In this document: in pieces, positions 21,847-33,184 of the stretch
How the letters are laid out: each line of letters starts with the position of its first letter
Position numbering within the stretch: the stretch's first letter is position 1
DNA from: Caecitellus pseudoparvulus
Taxonomy: Eukaryota; Protista; Bigyra: Bicosoecida
Direction: 5' to 3'
Assembly (NCBI GenBank): GCA_965644315.1
Contig: CBFFRQ010000061.1
Span: 79,114 to 143,113, forward strand
Length of the DNA stretch: 64,000 nucleotides
Notes under the pieces: generated by a model
Seen by the model: only the letters and a program-made list of their open reading frames with translations
The model's database searches: none
What the model was told of the DNA's origin: nothing
Program-made: the position numbers and the translations under genes

Positions 21847-24284
21847 TCACTGGGTGTGCTGGCAGGTGTCAAACACCCACGTCTCGGGGCGCCCCGAGTC
21901 CCCGTACGGGCAAAGGCCGCCGACAAACGTTCGCAGTACATACAGGCTGCCCGCCAGCGCCCCTGCCGCAACAATGAATGTGTAGTATTTGAAGCGCGTC
22001 TCCCACGCTCGCAGCAGGCGAATGGAAAACAGCTCCATGCGCAGTGCAGCCAGCACCCACAGGTCCGCTGAGGCTGGCCGGCCGCTCACGCTTTGTAGGG
22101 TGGGAGAAGGGCTCGAGTGCGATTCATGGGGTGCTGCTGTGTGGTGGGTGGGCGTCTGCACGTCGCTTGGGTTGCGGGGCTCGCCAGCTGGAGTGTACAG
22201 GCCAGAGCAGCTGCCAGAAGTTGCGGGCCATGAGCCATCTTGGGTGCCTTGGAGGGACCTTGTGGATGTGGCGGGCGGCAAAGCGCCCTGCGTCTGCCCG
22301 GGGACTTGGGCATTGAACGCGCTGGCCCGCGACTGCTGCAGCACCAGAGCCAGCGGAACGGGCTCCCACACAAACTCCGTCTCCCACTGCACCTCCTGCT
22401 GCAGTTCAGCCCTTAGGTTTGCCCGAGCCACTTCCACAGATCTTGAGTGGGGACTCAGACATACCGGTGAGCAACTGCAAAACGCTGCTTGGGCAGGGGG
22501 ACCCTGAGACTCTGATCTAGTAGGCTGTGGAGAGGCAGGCGTCGAACCAGCTTCCCCTCCCTTGAGCACGCTCTCCTTTTCCTGTACAGCTCCGCGCCCA
22601 ACTGCCGGTTGGGCGTCATCCAACACAACTGGCGCCTGGGGCTCAGCAGATGCGATCGTCACGCGGGAGATTGAGCCGCGGGAAGGCATTCGAGTGGAGC
22701 TCCACCGACGGGTGGGCAGCAGCAAGAATCGCGAAGACGCTCGAGGGGTCGAGTCTGCTTGCGCTGCAATGCAAGACTGCATGTCTGATGCAGTGACAGA
22801 GTTGTACTGCACTCCACAACACCGCACCATGGCATAGTACCCGAGCGCATACCCGACATCGGTGAGGGACTCGATGACGAGCTGCAGAATGACTCGGACC
22901 ACAACGTCCCAGGCGGACAGCGGCGTGCCGCCGGGTATGGGGGGAATTCTGAAGACGAGGGTGACGGGAAGCGACAGGAGGATGCCAATGTCCTCAAACA
23001 TTGTCTCCAGCAACATAAACTGTACCCACGCACGGTTCTCAGGTCGCCCATGCTTGCGCTTCCGGTCCAGCCCGCCACACATTCGCCCGCAGCACTGCAC
23101 GTAGCAGTCGTCGCGCGCGAGCATGCTCATGCGCATGAGGAGCTCGATGCCTGACAGCAAGATCGACACGCCCACTGTCTCCCATAGCGTTTCCATATTT
23201 GTGGCCAAGAAGCGGCCCACCATGGAGGAGAGCACGACGGGGCCCAGCATCGCCGTCAGCATGCGGTCCAGTGGGAAGTCGCCCTCCATCCAGAACCGCG
23301 CCGCCGTGCGCACAGCACCCACTGGGATCTCAATCAGGAGCGGGAAGGCGACCAGGCGGATGATGATGCGAGTTGAGCTGGAGCCTGTGCTGAATGCTGG
23401 CGTCACAAACTCGAGAAGCACGACGGCCACGATGCTGGTCAGCAAGAGGGAGAGCAGGGACAGCTTGATCGGGCTGCTGACCAGTCCCTTGAGAACCCCA
23501 CTGTACATGTACGGGGTCACCCACGCCGGGATGACTTGCACAATAAAACCCCCCAGCAGGATGACGGACCTGGCCACGTCGCGCTGTGCCTCAGACTGCG
23601 GCAGGGACAACCAGTACAGGGAGCCCCCGAACACGAGCATGGTGGGCAGGACACCGGAGAGGAACACGTACAGGACACGGTCCCACCGCACCCACTTGAA
23701 ATTTGCAAAGTGCATGGTCACCATGGTCGTCAAACACAGCCCGGATAGCGTGCTGCCGACACCCGTGAAGAGGATGTCGTGCCACAGCTGTGGCTCGGAC
23801 AGCGGCGTGTCGGTGGACAGCAGCCCCGAAATGATGCCTGCATACTGCGTCCCATTTGAGGATACTTCGATGCCTTGCTGGACTGCGCAGGTCCAAGGGC
23901 GGCAGGCGGTGTGCTCCCTGTGCAGAGGCCTGCGCCCCCGCTTGCCGTCGTTGCCGGCGCTTGCGAGCGAAGAGCACCAGAGCCAGTGCCTGCTCAGCAA
24001 CCAACGCACCTGCGAACTTCCACTTCCCCGTGCTATACGCGTACTGCAAGCCGACAGAGGCACTCAAGAGTATGCCTAGAGAAAGAGTCAGAAACTTCAC
24101 CTCCACCGCGTGCCGCCTGTGTTGTGCAGGCGATGCCAAGGGGCGGTGTGCGGGACAGGTCGCTGGGACCTTGGCAACCTGCCCCAGCGAAAGCCCAGCG
24201 TACGCACAGGGTTTTCCACAGGAGAGCTTCAGGGGCGTTCCCAGCGTAGAACATGTTCTTCGTAGGCATTGAGGATGTCATCAT
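21847..24284 (-). CDS. Multi-pass (~11 TM) membrane protein of unknown function, 3 exons
   Basis: Exons 24284-24208, 24116-24010, 23882-21847; introns 24117-24207 and 23883-24009 (both GTGCGT...CAG) splice in frame. Many TM helices. The start codon is uncertain. Confidence 0.75.
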
Positions 24285-24687
24285 GTCCCCTTCCAGGCCT
24301 CAAGGGCAGGCTGGGCAGGCGCTAAGCAATCGACCTCCGCTCGCCGCCGCCTTTCCCCGCAGAGATGAGAAAGCCCCACCCAGTCTGGAGATCTCCACCT
24401 CGCGGGTGGTGCTGTTCTTAAGCGGGGCCCTGGACTGCTGCTGAAGCCGGAGCTTGCGGGTCAAGCTGCTGGGGGCGCTTGGGGGTTGCTGGGTTTTGTC
24501 CGCAATTTCCTTGTGCTGGAAGGGCACTTGCTGCTTCCTCCTTCCACGTCACCTTGCTGTGGAAGCGCTGAGCACGCTCACCGCACGAGCAAGGCGCGGC
24601 ACAGTGACGATGGGGTGCCACATTGCAGGGACACACAAATTACCCACACTGTCTGGCAGAAGCCCTCCCAGGTCCACGCCTTCCACC

Positions 24688-27650
24688 ATGGCTGCCCGGC
24701 GGACTGGCGCTCGAGGCCGCGGCCCGCACGCGTTGCATCAGGCCGCACCTGCAGCAACTGGCGCTGGCGCCGTGCAGGCTGCCCTCAAACGGGCGTTCTC
24801 CACTGGCAGCACGGTGCTGGCAAACTTGGGGCTTGGGGAATGGCCTGCAGCACTCTTTGATCCTTCAGTGCTGGCAGAGGAGGCGGACAAGTGGTGGGAA
24901 GTCGCAGCTTTGACCAAGGTGGACGCCAGTGGCAATCAGTTGACCAGCCTGCCCGACTCGATCCAAGCACTGAAAGAGCTCGTCGTGCTCATCCTGCACC
25001 ACAATGCGATCGGTTACGTGTCCCCTGCAGTGGGAGCCTTGGAAGCGCTGCAGGTTCTTGATCTCGGCAGGTACGGCACCTGACCCGAGCTGGCGTTACT
25101 CTGGCGTTACACGTTTTCCGCACCAGCACGCCTTCCCTCGCGATGCAGCAACGCTTTGCAAAGCATTCCTGAAGATATTGGGTACTGTACTTCACTCCGC
25201 AAGCTTGTAGTGAGCGGAAATCCAGGACTGGATTCCCTCCCTTCCAGCCTGGCTGAGCTGGTGCACCTGGACACACTGCACGCAGCGGGATGTAGGCTGC
25301 AGGCCCTGCCAGCGTCTCTGGGTGCCTGCACGGCCTTGCAGCATGTGGACGTGTCCATGAATGCGTTGTCTTCCCTTCCATCCACAATGGCGGATTGCAC
25401 TGCCCTTGTGCAGCTGGACGCGTCTCGGAACCGCCTGGCAGACTTGCCGCCTGGTCTCATGGCCAAGTGGCACGCTCTGGCAGTGCTGAACCTGCGCGAA
25501 AACAGGCTACGCACTTTCCCCACTCTGCCAGCTGGCACGTGCCTGCACACGCTGCAGCTTGGTTTCAACGCTCTGGCTGGGCCGGTTGCTGGGGACGCTC
25601 TGCTGCCCGCCAGTGGGCTTGGTGTGCTGGACTTGTCAGGTACGTGGCGCTGAGGGCAGTTGCCCAGGCAGGCAGCAGCGCTGCTCACCCCAAGTGCCTG
25701 CAGCACGCCATGGCACCCCTCTCCTTTTCCACAGACAATGCCATCACTGAGCTGGACCAGAACCTGTGGCTCCTCACCGCTCTGCACACGCTGGACCTGC
25801 GCAACAACGACTTGAACGGCCTGCCGCCCACACTGGGCTTCGCGCCTGCTCTCACACGGGTATCTCTTGAAGGCAACCCCTTGCGCTCCATTCGCCGCTC
25901 CCTCGTCTCTGGCTCCGTGGAGTCGCTGAAGGGTTTTCTGCGTTCCCGGGCATCCGAGGCGCTGGCTGCAGCCTGTGAAGCCACGCTGGCCCAGCAGGCT
26001 GGTGCTCCTGGGACCTCGGAGGGGGCCCAAGCGACAACGTACACTGGTGGTGCAGGGTCGGGTTCCTTTGACGCCCTGCATGACGCACGGGATGCGACTG
26101 CATCGGGCGTGCTGGACCTGAGCGGGAGGCAACTGCCCGAGGTGCCAGCACCTGTGTGGGCCGCGCTGGCTCAACTCAACGCCCAGGCGCAGGACACGAG
26201 CGGCGCCTCACTGGGACCTGATGGCAAAGAGCTGACTGGAGGGGCGCTGGTGTTCGGTGGGGGTCGCAGCGGCTACGCGGGCGGGCAGGTGCAGGCGCGT
26301 GGCACGAACGCCATCCACACGTTGGACTTTTCAGGGAACGCCCTGGCAGACGCGGCAGACGGAGACACGCAGCACATCCTGCCCTTCAACGCGCCCGAGT
26401 TCCTCCCCGCCGTCACGTGCGTGCGGCTGGCCGGCAACGCTGCCCTGTCCCTGCTGCCACCCCCCCTGGGAGCCTTTGCCCGTCTCAGCGTGTTGGACAT
26501 CAGCGACACACGGCTGCGATGGGAGGGGCTGGATGGCGTGCTGATGGTGCCAGATGCAGAGGGCGGCATGGCGCCTGCCCCCGCCTGTGCCACCTTGCGC
26601 GAGCTGCGAGCGAGCCGGTGCGACCTGCGCCGCATGCCCTCGGCACTCGCCCTGTGCCCCCGCCTGGCCGTGCTGGACCTGTCTTACAACAGCATTGACG
26701 TGGAGGAGGGTGTGGATGATGACACGCTGCTGCTGCCGAGCCTGACAGTGCTGAACCTCAGCAACAACCGCCTCTCCTGCGTTCCATCGCCACTCCTCGC
26801 ACTGCCCCGCCTCAGCCAGCTGAACCTGGAGAACAACAACATCTCGCACGTCCCTCCCGCCCTGGGCACGGCATCCCAGCTCAAGGCCCTGCAACTGGCA
26901 GGGAACCCCAGTCGCCTCTTGCGACCTGCTGTCCTGGCCAAGGGCACTCCTGCCATCCTGGACTTCCTCTGCAGCCGCCTGCCGCCAGGAGACCCCGCCG
27001 CTGAAAGCGCTGCCAAGCTGCGGTCACAGCTGGAGCAGACCCTGCAGCAGCGCGAAGCGCAGGAGAGTGCCGCAGCCGCGGCAGCAGCGGCGGCAGCTGC
27101 CGAGGCCACGTATGACCGCAGCATCGCGGGGAAGATTGGTGCCTCACACGCTGGAGCTGGCCGCAGCATGGCAACTGCCATTCCAGCACACGGCAGCTCA
27201 GGTCCACGAGCACTTGGCAGCGGGCACTCTGCAGGCCCTTCCAGTGCTCTGCATGCCCCCCCGTCCCACCGAGAGCGTCAGCCTCGGGAGTACCAGGAGC
27301 ACCCAACCCGAGTAGCGCAGCCGGAGAAACACGCTCACTCACACCAGCACCCGGCAGTGCACCTTGACCCTGGCCGGTACCGAGCGCCAGTCGCAGCAGC
27401 TACATCGCAGCCAGCGCAGCCTGCCTCTGAACGACCGCTGCCACACCAGGCAGCACAGCAGGCGGCCCCCGCTCGCCAAGACGCCGCAGCGCCGTCACGG
27501 TCGGAACGTGACATCGCACAGGACATGCTGCGTGTGGAGGGGCAGCTGTCAGGGGGCGGGGTGTCCAAGGTGAGGGCAATGAGTCTCAAGCGAGAGCTGG
27601 CGAAGCTGCGCGCAGAGCTGAGTGCGCGGCGCAATGGTGGCCGCAGGTGA
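24688..27650 (+). CDS. Leucine-rich repeat protein (LRRC40-like), 3 exons
   Basis: Exons 24688-25070, 25149-25639, 25735-27650; GT-AG introns join in frame. Many LxxLxLxxNxL repeats, an N-terminal 'DKWWE' and two LRR caps ('LEGNPLRSIRR', 'LAGNPSRLLR'). Confidence 0.85.
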
Positions 27651-27793
27651 AGCATCGGCGTGCATTGTCCGGCGAGGATGGCGTCCAAAGTGCCACCACA
27701 GGAGTCAGTAGAGCGGCAGCGTGACAATGCAAGAGGGTCCCGTAGGCGCGCAGGTGACGTGCACCGGGAGACAAGCGTGCAGTTCCACCGCGC

Positions 27794-29592
27794 TCAGTCC
27801 TTGCGGCTCTTCTTCTTGCTGCTCTTGGTCTTGTCGTCTGCGGCGGCGGAGCCTGGGGAGGTCTCCAGGGAGCGCTTCTTGGCCTTCTTCTCCTTCTTGG
27901 CGGACTTGACCTTCTTGTCCTTCTTCTCCTTCTTCTCCTTCTTGGCCTTCTTGGCAGACTTGACGACGTCCGTGCCGTCGTCCGAATCATCCGACGCGTC
28001 CACGTCGGCGCCGCCAGCAGCAGAGGCAGCAGCAGGAGCGGGTGTGGCAGGGGCAGGGGGCGCAGCAGAGGCCTTCTCCTCCTCCGTGATGGGGGCGCCC
28101 GTGAGCGTGGGCAGGGTGGCCTTGCCCACGAACTCCGCCTTCCACCCCTCAGGCGTCTTCTCGTTGGGCTTGCCGTGCTTGTCCAGCAGGCCCTCCTTGA
28201 TCATCTTCTTCTTCTTCTGTGCCACGGGCCCCAGGCCCCAGCGGCGAGGGTACGTGTCGCGCTCCATGATCACACGCTTGATCTTGGCCACGACGCCGTG
28301 GTCGATGGTGGCCATGACGGCAGTGGTCATCTGCGCGATGCCCACGGCGATGGCCTCGCCCTTGGTGGTCATGAGCACGACCTCCTCGCCGACGCCGACG
28401 TCGTCAGCGAAACGCAGGAGGCCAGGCACCATGAGCTTGGCGCCGTAGCAGATGGCGTTGACAGCGGAGTCCTTCACGACGATGCGCTTGTAGCTGGTGA
28501 GCAGCAGCTCCAGCGGCTTGATCACGCGGCGCAGGTACTTCTCGTCCTTGTTGTTGTCGTACACCCACTGGGCGTCCAGGACGTCGTGCATGGTGACGAG
28601 GTGCTGGTTCTCGTTCATGGCGCCGGACCGCACGCGGCGCAGCTCCTCCATGTGGGCGCCAGTCTTGGTCAGCAGACCCAAGTGCACGCACAGGGTACGA
28701 ATGTACGTGCCGGCCTCGCAAGACACCCAGAAGACGCCCAGGTTGCGTTCGGCGTCGTACTGCACCAGCTTCGAGTCGTAAATGGTACGGATGCGCAGCT
28801 GGCGCTTGACGGCCGAGATGACAGGCGGCCGCTGGAACAGCGCGCCCGTCAGCGTGTCAATGGCCCGGTTGAGAGTTCCCTCCGAGTCCAAGGCAGAGTG
28901 CAGACGCACGATGGCCACGTACTCCTTACCAGCGCCCTGTGTGGGAGGAGGAGCAGGGGGCGGAAGTGCGAGGGTGGCCGGCAAGTGCACTGCACCAGGC
29001 GACACGAACCTGCTGGGACTTGACCAGGCGCGTGGCACGGTCAATGCAGACGATGAGGCAGCCTGTGACCTTGGGGTCCAGGGTGCCGCTGTGGCCAGTC
29101 TTCTCCACACGCAGGATTCGCTTGATCCACGCCACGACCTCGTGAGAGGATGGGTTGGCAGGCTTGTCCAGGTTAATGACGCCGTACTGAGTGTAGTCCT
29201 TGAGGGGGCGCTTCAGCGGCGAGTGCCCTGATGGGATGGGCGTGTAGTGGGACGTCCGCACGTTCAAGCGGTCATAGTTCTTCAGCAGCAGCGGCCACGA
29301 AGAGGTGTCCAGCACGGCTGGTGCAGAGCTGGGCTGGATGGCGAAGTCGCCCTCCTGAGCTGCTGCGTCCTTGGAAGTTGCTGCAAAGGCGGGAAGGGAT
29401 ATGTGTGTACTAGTATTCAAGCATCCAACGCAAATACGTGGCAAACGGCACCAGCAAGCGGGCCTGGGGGGCTATTGCAAGTGGACCAGCGGAACAGCGG
29501 AATATGGCTCAAGAGCAGCCGACACTCCCAGGCCCCCTGTCGCTGCAAAGAAGCTTCCAAGCTGCACGATGCACGATGCACGCACCTGACAT
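27794..29592 (-). CDS. CBF5: Dyskerin / Cbf5, H/ACA snoRNP pseudouridine synthase, 3 exons
   Basis: Exons 29592-29586 (ATG TCA G), 29380-29010, 28936-27794; introns 29381-29585 and 28937-29009. Motifs: '[17 protein letters not shown]', '[12 protein letters not shown]', '[11 protein letters not shown]', PUA domain, 'YPRRWGLGP', KKE/D tail. Confidence 0.97.
29403..29546 (-). ncRNA. Candidate structured intronic RNA element in dyskerin intron 1
   Basis: Stems GGGCCUGGG/CCCAGGCCC, GGAGUGU/AUAUUCC plus GGCU/AGCC, and GCUGUU/AAUAGC; a 3' hairpin followed by ACA. No canonical H box was found. Confidence 0.3.
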
Positions 29593-29901
29593 GCTGGGAG
29601 AGTCGGTGGTGAGCTCACAAGCCAGGGCCTGCGCCGTGGAGCTGGTGTGCTGAGAGGGCGTGCCGGGAGACTGGCGACACGAGAGCCGTGGCGGCTGACG
29701 GTGGCAGGCAGCAGGCGGGCTTGACCTGCGAAGGGGGTGCGTGAGCTGGCGCTGGGCTTTCAAAAGTGCTCCGGGTGCAAATCCGGAACATTGTCACCCC
29801 TGCCCGTCCCCGCGCAACACCCCTTCGGCAGAGCAACGCAGCTGTCCCAGCAGCACCGTTGTGTGCCCGGCAGCAGCTGGTGCGTCCCGAAGTCAGTCAG
29901 A
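29593..29901. promoter_or_regulatory. Probable bidirectional promoter between CBF5 and UBP6
   Basis: 309 bp between divergent start codons; inferred from position only. Confidence 0.4.
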
Positions 29902-31803
29902 ATGGAGCTGAAAGTGAAGTGGAACAAGCAGCGGCTGTCTGTGGAGGTGGACCCCTCCAAGCCCGTCGCCGAGTTCAAGGCCGAGCTCCTGCGCGTGACA
30001 GGTGTGTCGCTGGCGTTGGCGTGGCAGCAGGCGCTGTCAGCAGGTACGCCCTGCTGCCCCCGTTTGGACCTCGCAGGTGTCCCAGTGGATCGCCAGAAGA
30101 TCATTTCCAAGGCGTGGAGAGGCATGCTGAAGGATGACACAGACCTGTCCACGTGCAAGCTCAGGCCAGGCCTTCCCGTGCGTGCGCTGTTTTGTGCTCA
30201 GCCCATGCGAAACGCTGAAACGCGGGCCAGTGCCGAGGCCCCGCCGCTGCACGCGCGGCACTGTGTGCTGAACTTTGCATGCAGGTGACTCTCATGGGAT
30301 CCGCAGAAGGTGTGGCTGCCCTGGATGAGGCCGAGAGCAAGGTGGTGCGTCGGCACGGCGCTGCCGCAACGCAACACGCAAGCGTGCAAGCCGCCTCATG
30401 CCCACTGCGCGCAGGTCTTCATGGAGGACATGAAGCAGGAGGAGCGCACTGCCGCTGGTGTCGTGGCACCGTCGGGCTTCGTGAACTTGGGCAACACCTG
30501 CTACATGAACGCCACCACCCAGGCCCTGCGTGCCGTGCCAGAGCTGCGGAGTGGACTGGCCACCGTCTCGGACAGCCGGACTCTCATGGCCCCGCAGCTG
30601 GCGCAGATGTACAAGGAAGCCGATGGCACGAGCAAGAACTACATGCCGTCCAAGTTCCTGGCCGCGCTGCACCGCATGCACCCCACCTTTGCCGAGCGCG
30701 GCAAGACGGGGCAGCTCATGCAGCACGACACAGATGAATTCCTCACCACCATGCTGGAGACGCTGAGCCACGAGCTGACCAAGGTGCCCGTGAAGGACGG
30801 CAAGCCCATGTTGCCCAAGTTGCTACCCCGCGTCAGCCACGACCCAGCACAGGCTGCCGGCGCCAGCACCAACCTAGTGGACACCCTCTTTGGCGTCGAG
30901 TTCAAGGTGACCGACACCAACACAGCTGACCCCAGTGAAGTCACCACGGCCTTTGAGTCCAACCGCAAGCTCGTGTGCAACATCGACGGCGGCGCAGGCA
31001 GCTACAAGGCGGTGAACCACCTGACAGAGGGCGTATCCCTGGCTCTGAACGGCCAGCGCGAGAAGATGTCGACAAAGCTGGGCACCACCACCATCTGGGA
31101 CACCAAGCGGCGCATTTCACGGCTGCCTAAGTACCTCTGCGTGCAGTTCATGCGGTTCTACTTCAAGGCCACGCCTGACTCCGCCGACCACGCCGGCGTC
31201 AAGTGTAAGATGATGCGCAAGGTCGCATTCGGCGAGAAGCTGGACGTCTTCGACTACTGCACACCTGAAGTGCAGTCCGTGCTGAAGGTGTCTCGAGACG
31301 CCGCTGACGCTGCAGAGGCCAAGAAGCTGGAGCAAGCGGGGGAGGTGGCGGCCGCCGCTGCGTCAGGCGGTGGTGGGGCCGCTGCCACCGCGCCAGACGC
31401 AGAGGGAGATGTGACACTGGCCCCACCCGCGCCTGCACTGGGCGAGGAGGTGTCGGAGATCGACGCCGAGCTGGCACAGGCCCTGGCCCTGTCTGCTCAA
31501 GATGCAGATGCGGTGGAGGCGGAAGATGCGGCGGTGATGGCGGGGGCGGAGCCCCAGTCCGCCATCGGCGTGGGCCTGCCCACCTCCTTCCAGGGCCAGT
31601 ACGAGCTGTTCGCGGTGGTGTCGCACAAGGGCCGCTCCGCCGACTCTGGGCACTACATGGGCTGGGTGCGCACGGAGGGCGACGCGTGGTTCGTGTTCGA
31701 CGACGAGGAGGTGCAGCAGTGTGAGCTGGAGCACGTGCTGCAGCTGCACGGTGGTGGCGACAGGGACATGGCGTACCTCGTCTTCTACCGCGCTAAAGAG
31801 TGA
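29902..31803 (+). CDS. UBP6: Proteasome-associated deubiquitinase USP14/UBP6, 4 exons
   Basis: Exons 29902-30001, 30077-30177, 30285-30344, 30415-31803. N-terminal Ubl domain ('VKWNKQ...TGVPVDRQKI...LMGS'), Cys box 'GFVNLGNTCYMNAT', His box 'HKGRSADSGHYMGWV'. Confidence 0.95.
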
Positions 31804-31812
31804 GGGGGTGCC

Positions 31813-33021
31813 TCAGCTGCCCCAGTCACGCTGCAGGCTGAACAGCTGTGTGGGAGCTGCTCTGGAATTCACAGCCACTTCTTCGGGCGAAGCCCGTGTT
31901 CCCTGCTTGGAGGCGGCCCACGCCCAGGGCGCAGTGCGCTTGGGCTTGGTCAGTGGGCTCCATGCGTCTTGCACAGCCCTGGCTTCGCCTGAGTGGAAGG
32001 TCAGCGCCACAGCCACGCCGCCTGGCCGCAGCAGGTGAGGCAGGTGCGCCAGCCCACGAGCCAGGTGTGCTGCCTCGTCATTCACCATGATGCGAAGGAC
32101 TTGCAGAGCCCGGGCAGCCACTCGCCCGGCACGCTTGGGCGTGGGCGGCCCTGGCACACGCCCCTCCAGCACTGCCTCGTACAGATGCCTGGACAGCTCC
32201 CCAGAACTGGTGGCTGGCCCCTCCAGCAGCAGACCAGCGATGGCAGCCGCCTCGCGCTGGCGGAAGTCTGCGTGCCGCATGAGAGACTCTGTCAGCAGCA
32301 GTGGGGTGGTTTGGGTCAGCACTTGGGCTGCAGTCACGCCGCCGTCCAGATTGTACTCTGCACGGCTGCCTGTCGGACCGGGGCTGAACGTTGCAAGAGG
32401 CGCAGGGACACAGTGCAGGGCGGTCTCTGGCAGCTCCGAGAAAAAACGCATGTCCAGGCTGCAGCCCTCGGGGCGAGACGTGAAGCCTCGACCTGGGCTG
32501 TCGAGCTGGTGGCTGCTCACGCCGGCGTCCAGCAGCACACCTGCGACCGAGTCGCAGCGCGCATGGTCGGGCAGGGAACGGTGCAGAAACAGCAGCCAGT
32601 CGGCGACATTCGCGTATGTATCATGAATCAGAATCACGGGATCTTGCACGGCGAACAAGCCAGGGAATGCGAGCGCGTGGGGTGGCAGCACTGTTGGCGT
32701 GATGCCGAAACGACGCTGAAACGCAGCCGCCGAAGCCGCGATGGCTTCCCCGTCCCGATCGAAGCCGATTAAACCACTCCCGCCTCGGGGCTGGAGGTGT
32801 TCCCACATTAAGCACGCGTGGCCGCCACCCCCAACCGTGCAGTCCACCAACCAGCCTTTGCTGTTCACTGGCTCCTGTTTATCTGGAGGGGCGAACGCCT
32901 TCCCCAGCTGCTGCAGTACCTCCTCAGCCATGACAGGAACGTGGTGAAAGGACCTGTTCGCCTGCCTGGCTGTGACCAACGTGCGTAGGCGCATGGTGCT
33001 GCGCTGTGCTGCAACCAGCAT
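31813..33021 (-). CDS. METTL15: RsmH/MraW-family rRNA m4C methyltransferase (METTL15-like, probably organellar)
   Basis: Motifs 'HVPVMAEEV', 'VDCTVGGGGHA', 'GFDRDGEA', 'LLDAGVSSHQLD..GRGF', 'LDMR', 'LRIMVNDE', 'TFHSGE'. The Arg-rich N-terminus suggests a transit peptide. Start is at 33021 or 32994. Confidence 0.88.
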   Translation of the reverse strand: MLVAAQRSTMRLRTLVTARQANRSFHHVPVMAEEVLQQLGKAFAPPDKQEPVNSKGWLVDCTVGGGGHACLMWEHLQPRGGSGLIGFDRDGEAIAASAAAFQRRFGITPTVLPPHALAFPGLFAVQDPVILIHDTYANVADWLLFLHRSLPDHARCDSVAGVLLDAGVSSHQLDSPGRGFTSRPEGCSLDMRFFSELPETALHCVPAPLATFSPGPTGSRAEYNLDGGVTAAQVLTQTTPLLLTESLMRHADFRQREAAAIAGLLLEGPATSSGELSRHLYEAVLEGRVPGPPTPKRAGRVAARALQVLRIMVNDEAAHLARGLAHLPHLLRPGGVAVALTFHSGEARAVQDAWSPLTKPKRTAPWAWAASKQGTRASPEEVAVNSRAAPTQLFSLQRDWGS

Positions 33022-33184
33022 CCTGCCGTGCGCTTGTGAAGGAGATTCGGCTGACTGTTTGCACACTCAGGCTGCAGCCCTGTGGCACACCAGCTGCGCA
33101 GAGCACGTGCATTCCAAGCCGAGGAAGCTGGGGGACCACTGGAGAAACTGTACCCCATGCACATGTGTCACGGGGCCCCCTAAT

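Noticed and set aside
24285-24527. In-frame TGA upstream of the membrane-protein start ('CPACP*GLEGDMM') as possible selenocysteine or readthrough
   Set aside because: It is not a CxxU context, no SECIS was recognised, and TGA is the normal stop in most genes here. It is more simply 5' UTR or an unmodelled intron.
29505-29535. Resemblance of GCCUGGGAGUGUCGGCUGCU to the 3' part of 5S rRNA
   Set aside because: The similarity is short and partial, and the rest of the 5S sequence and structure is absent, so it cannot support a 5S gene or mimic call.
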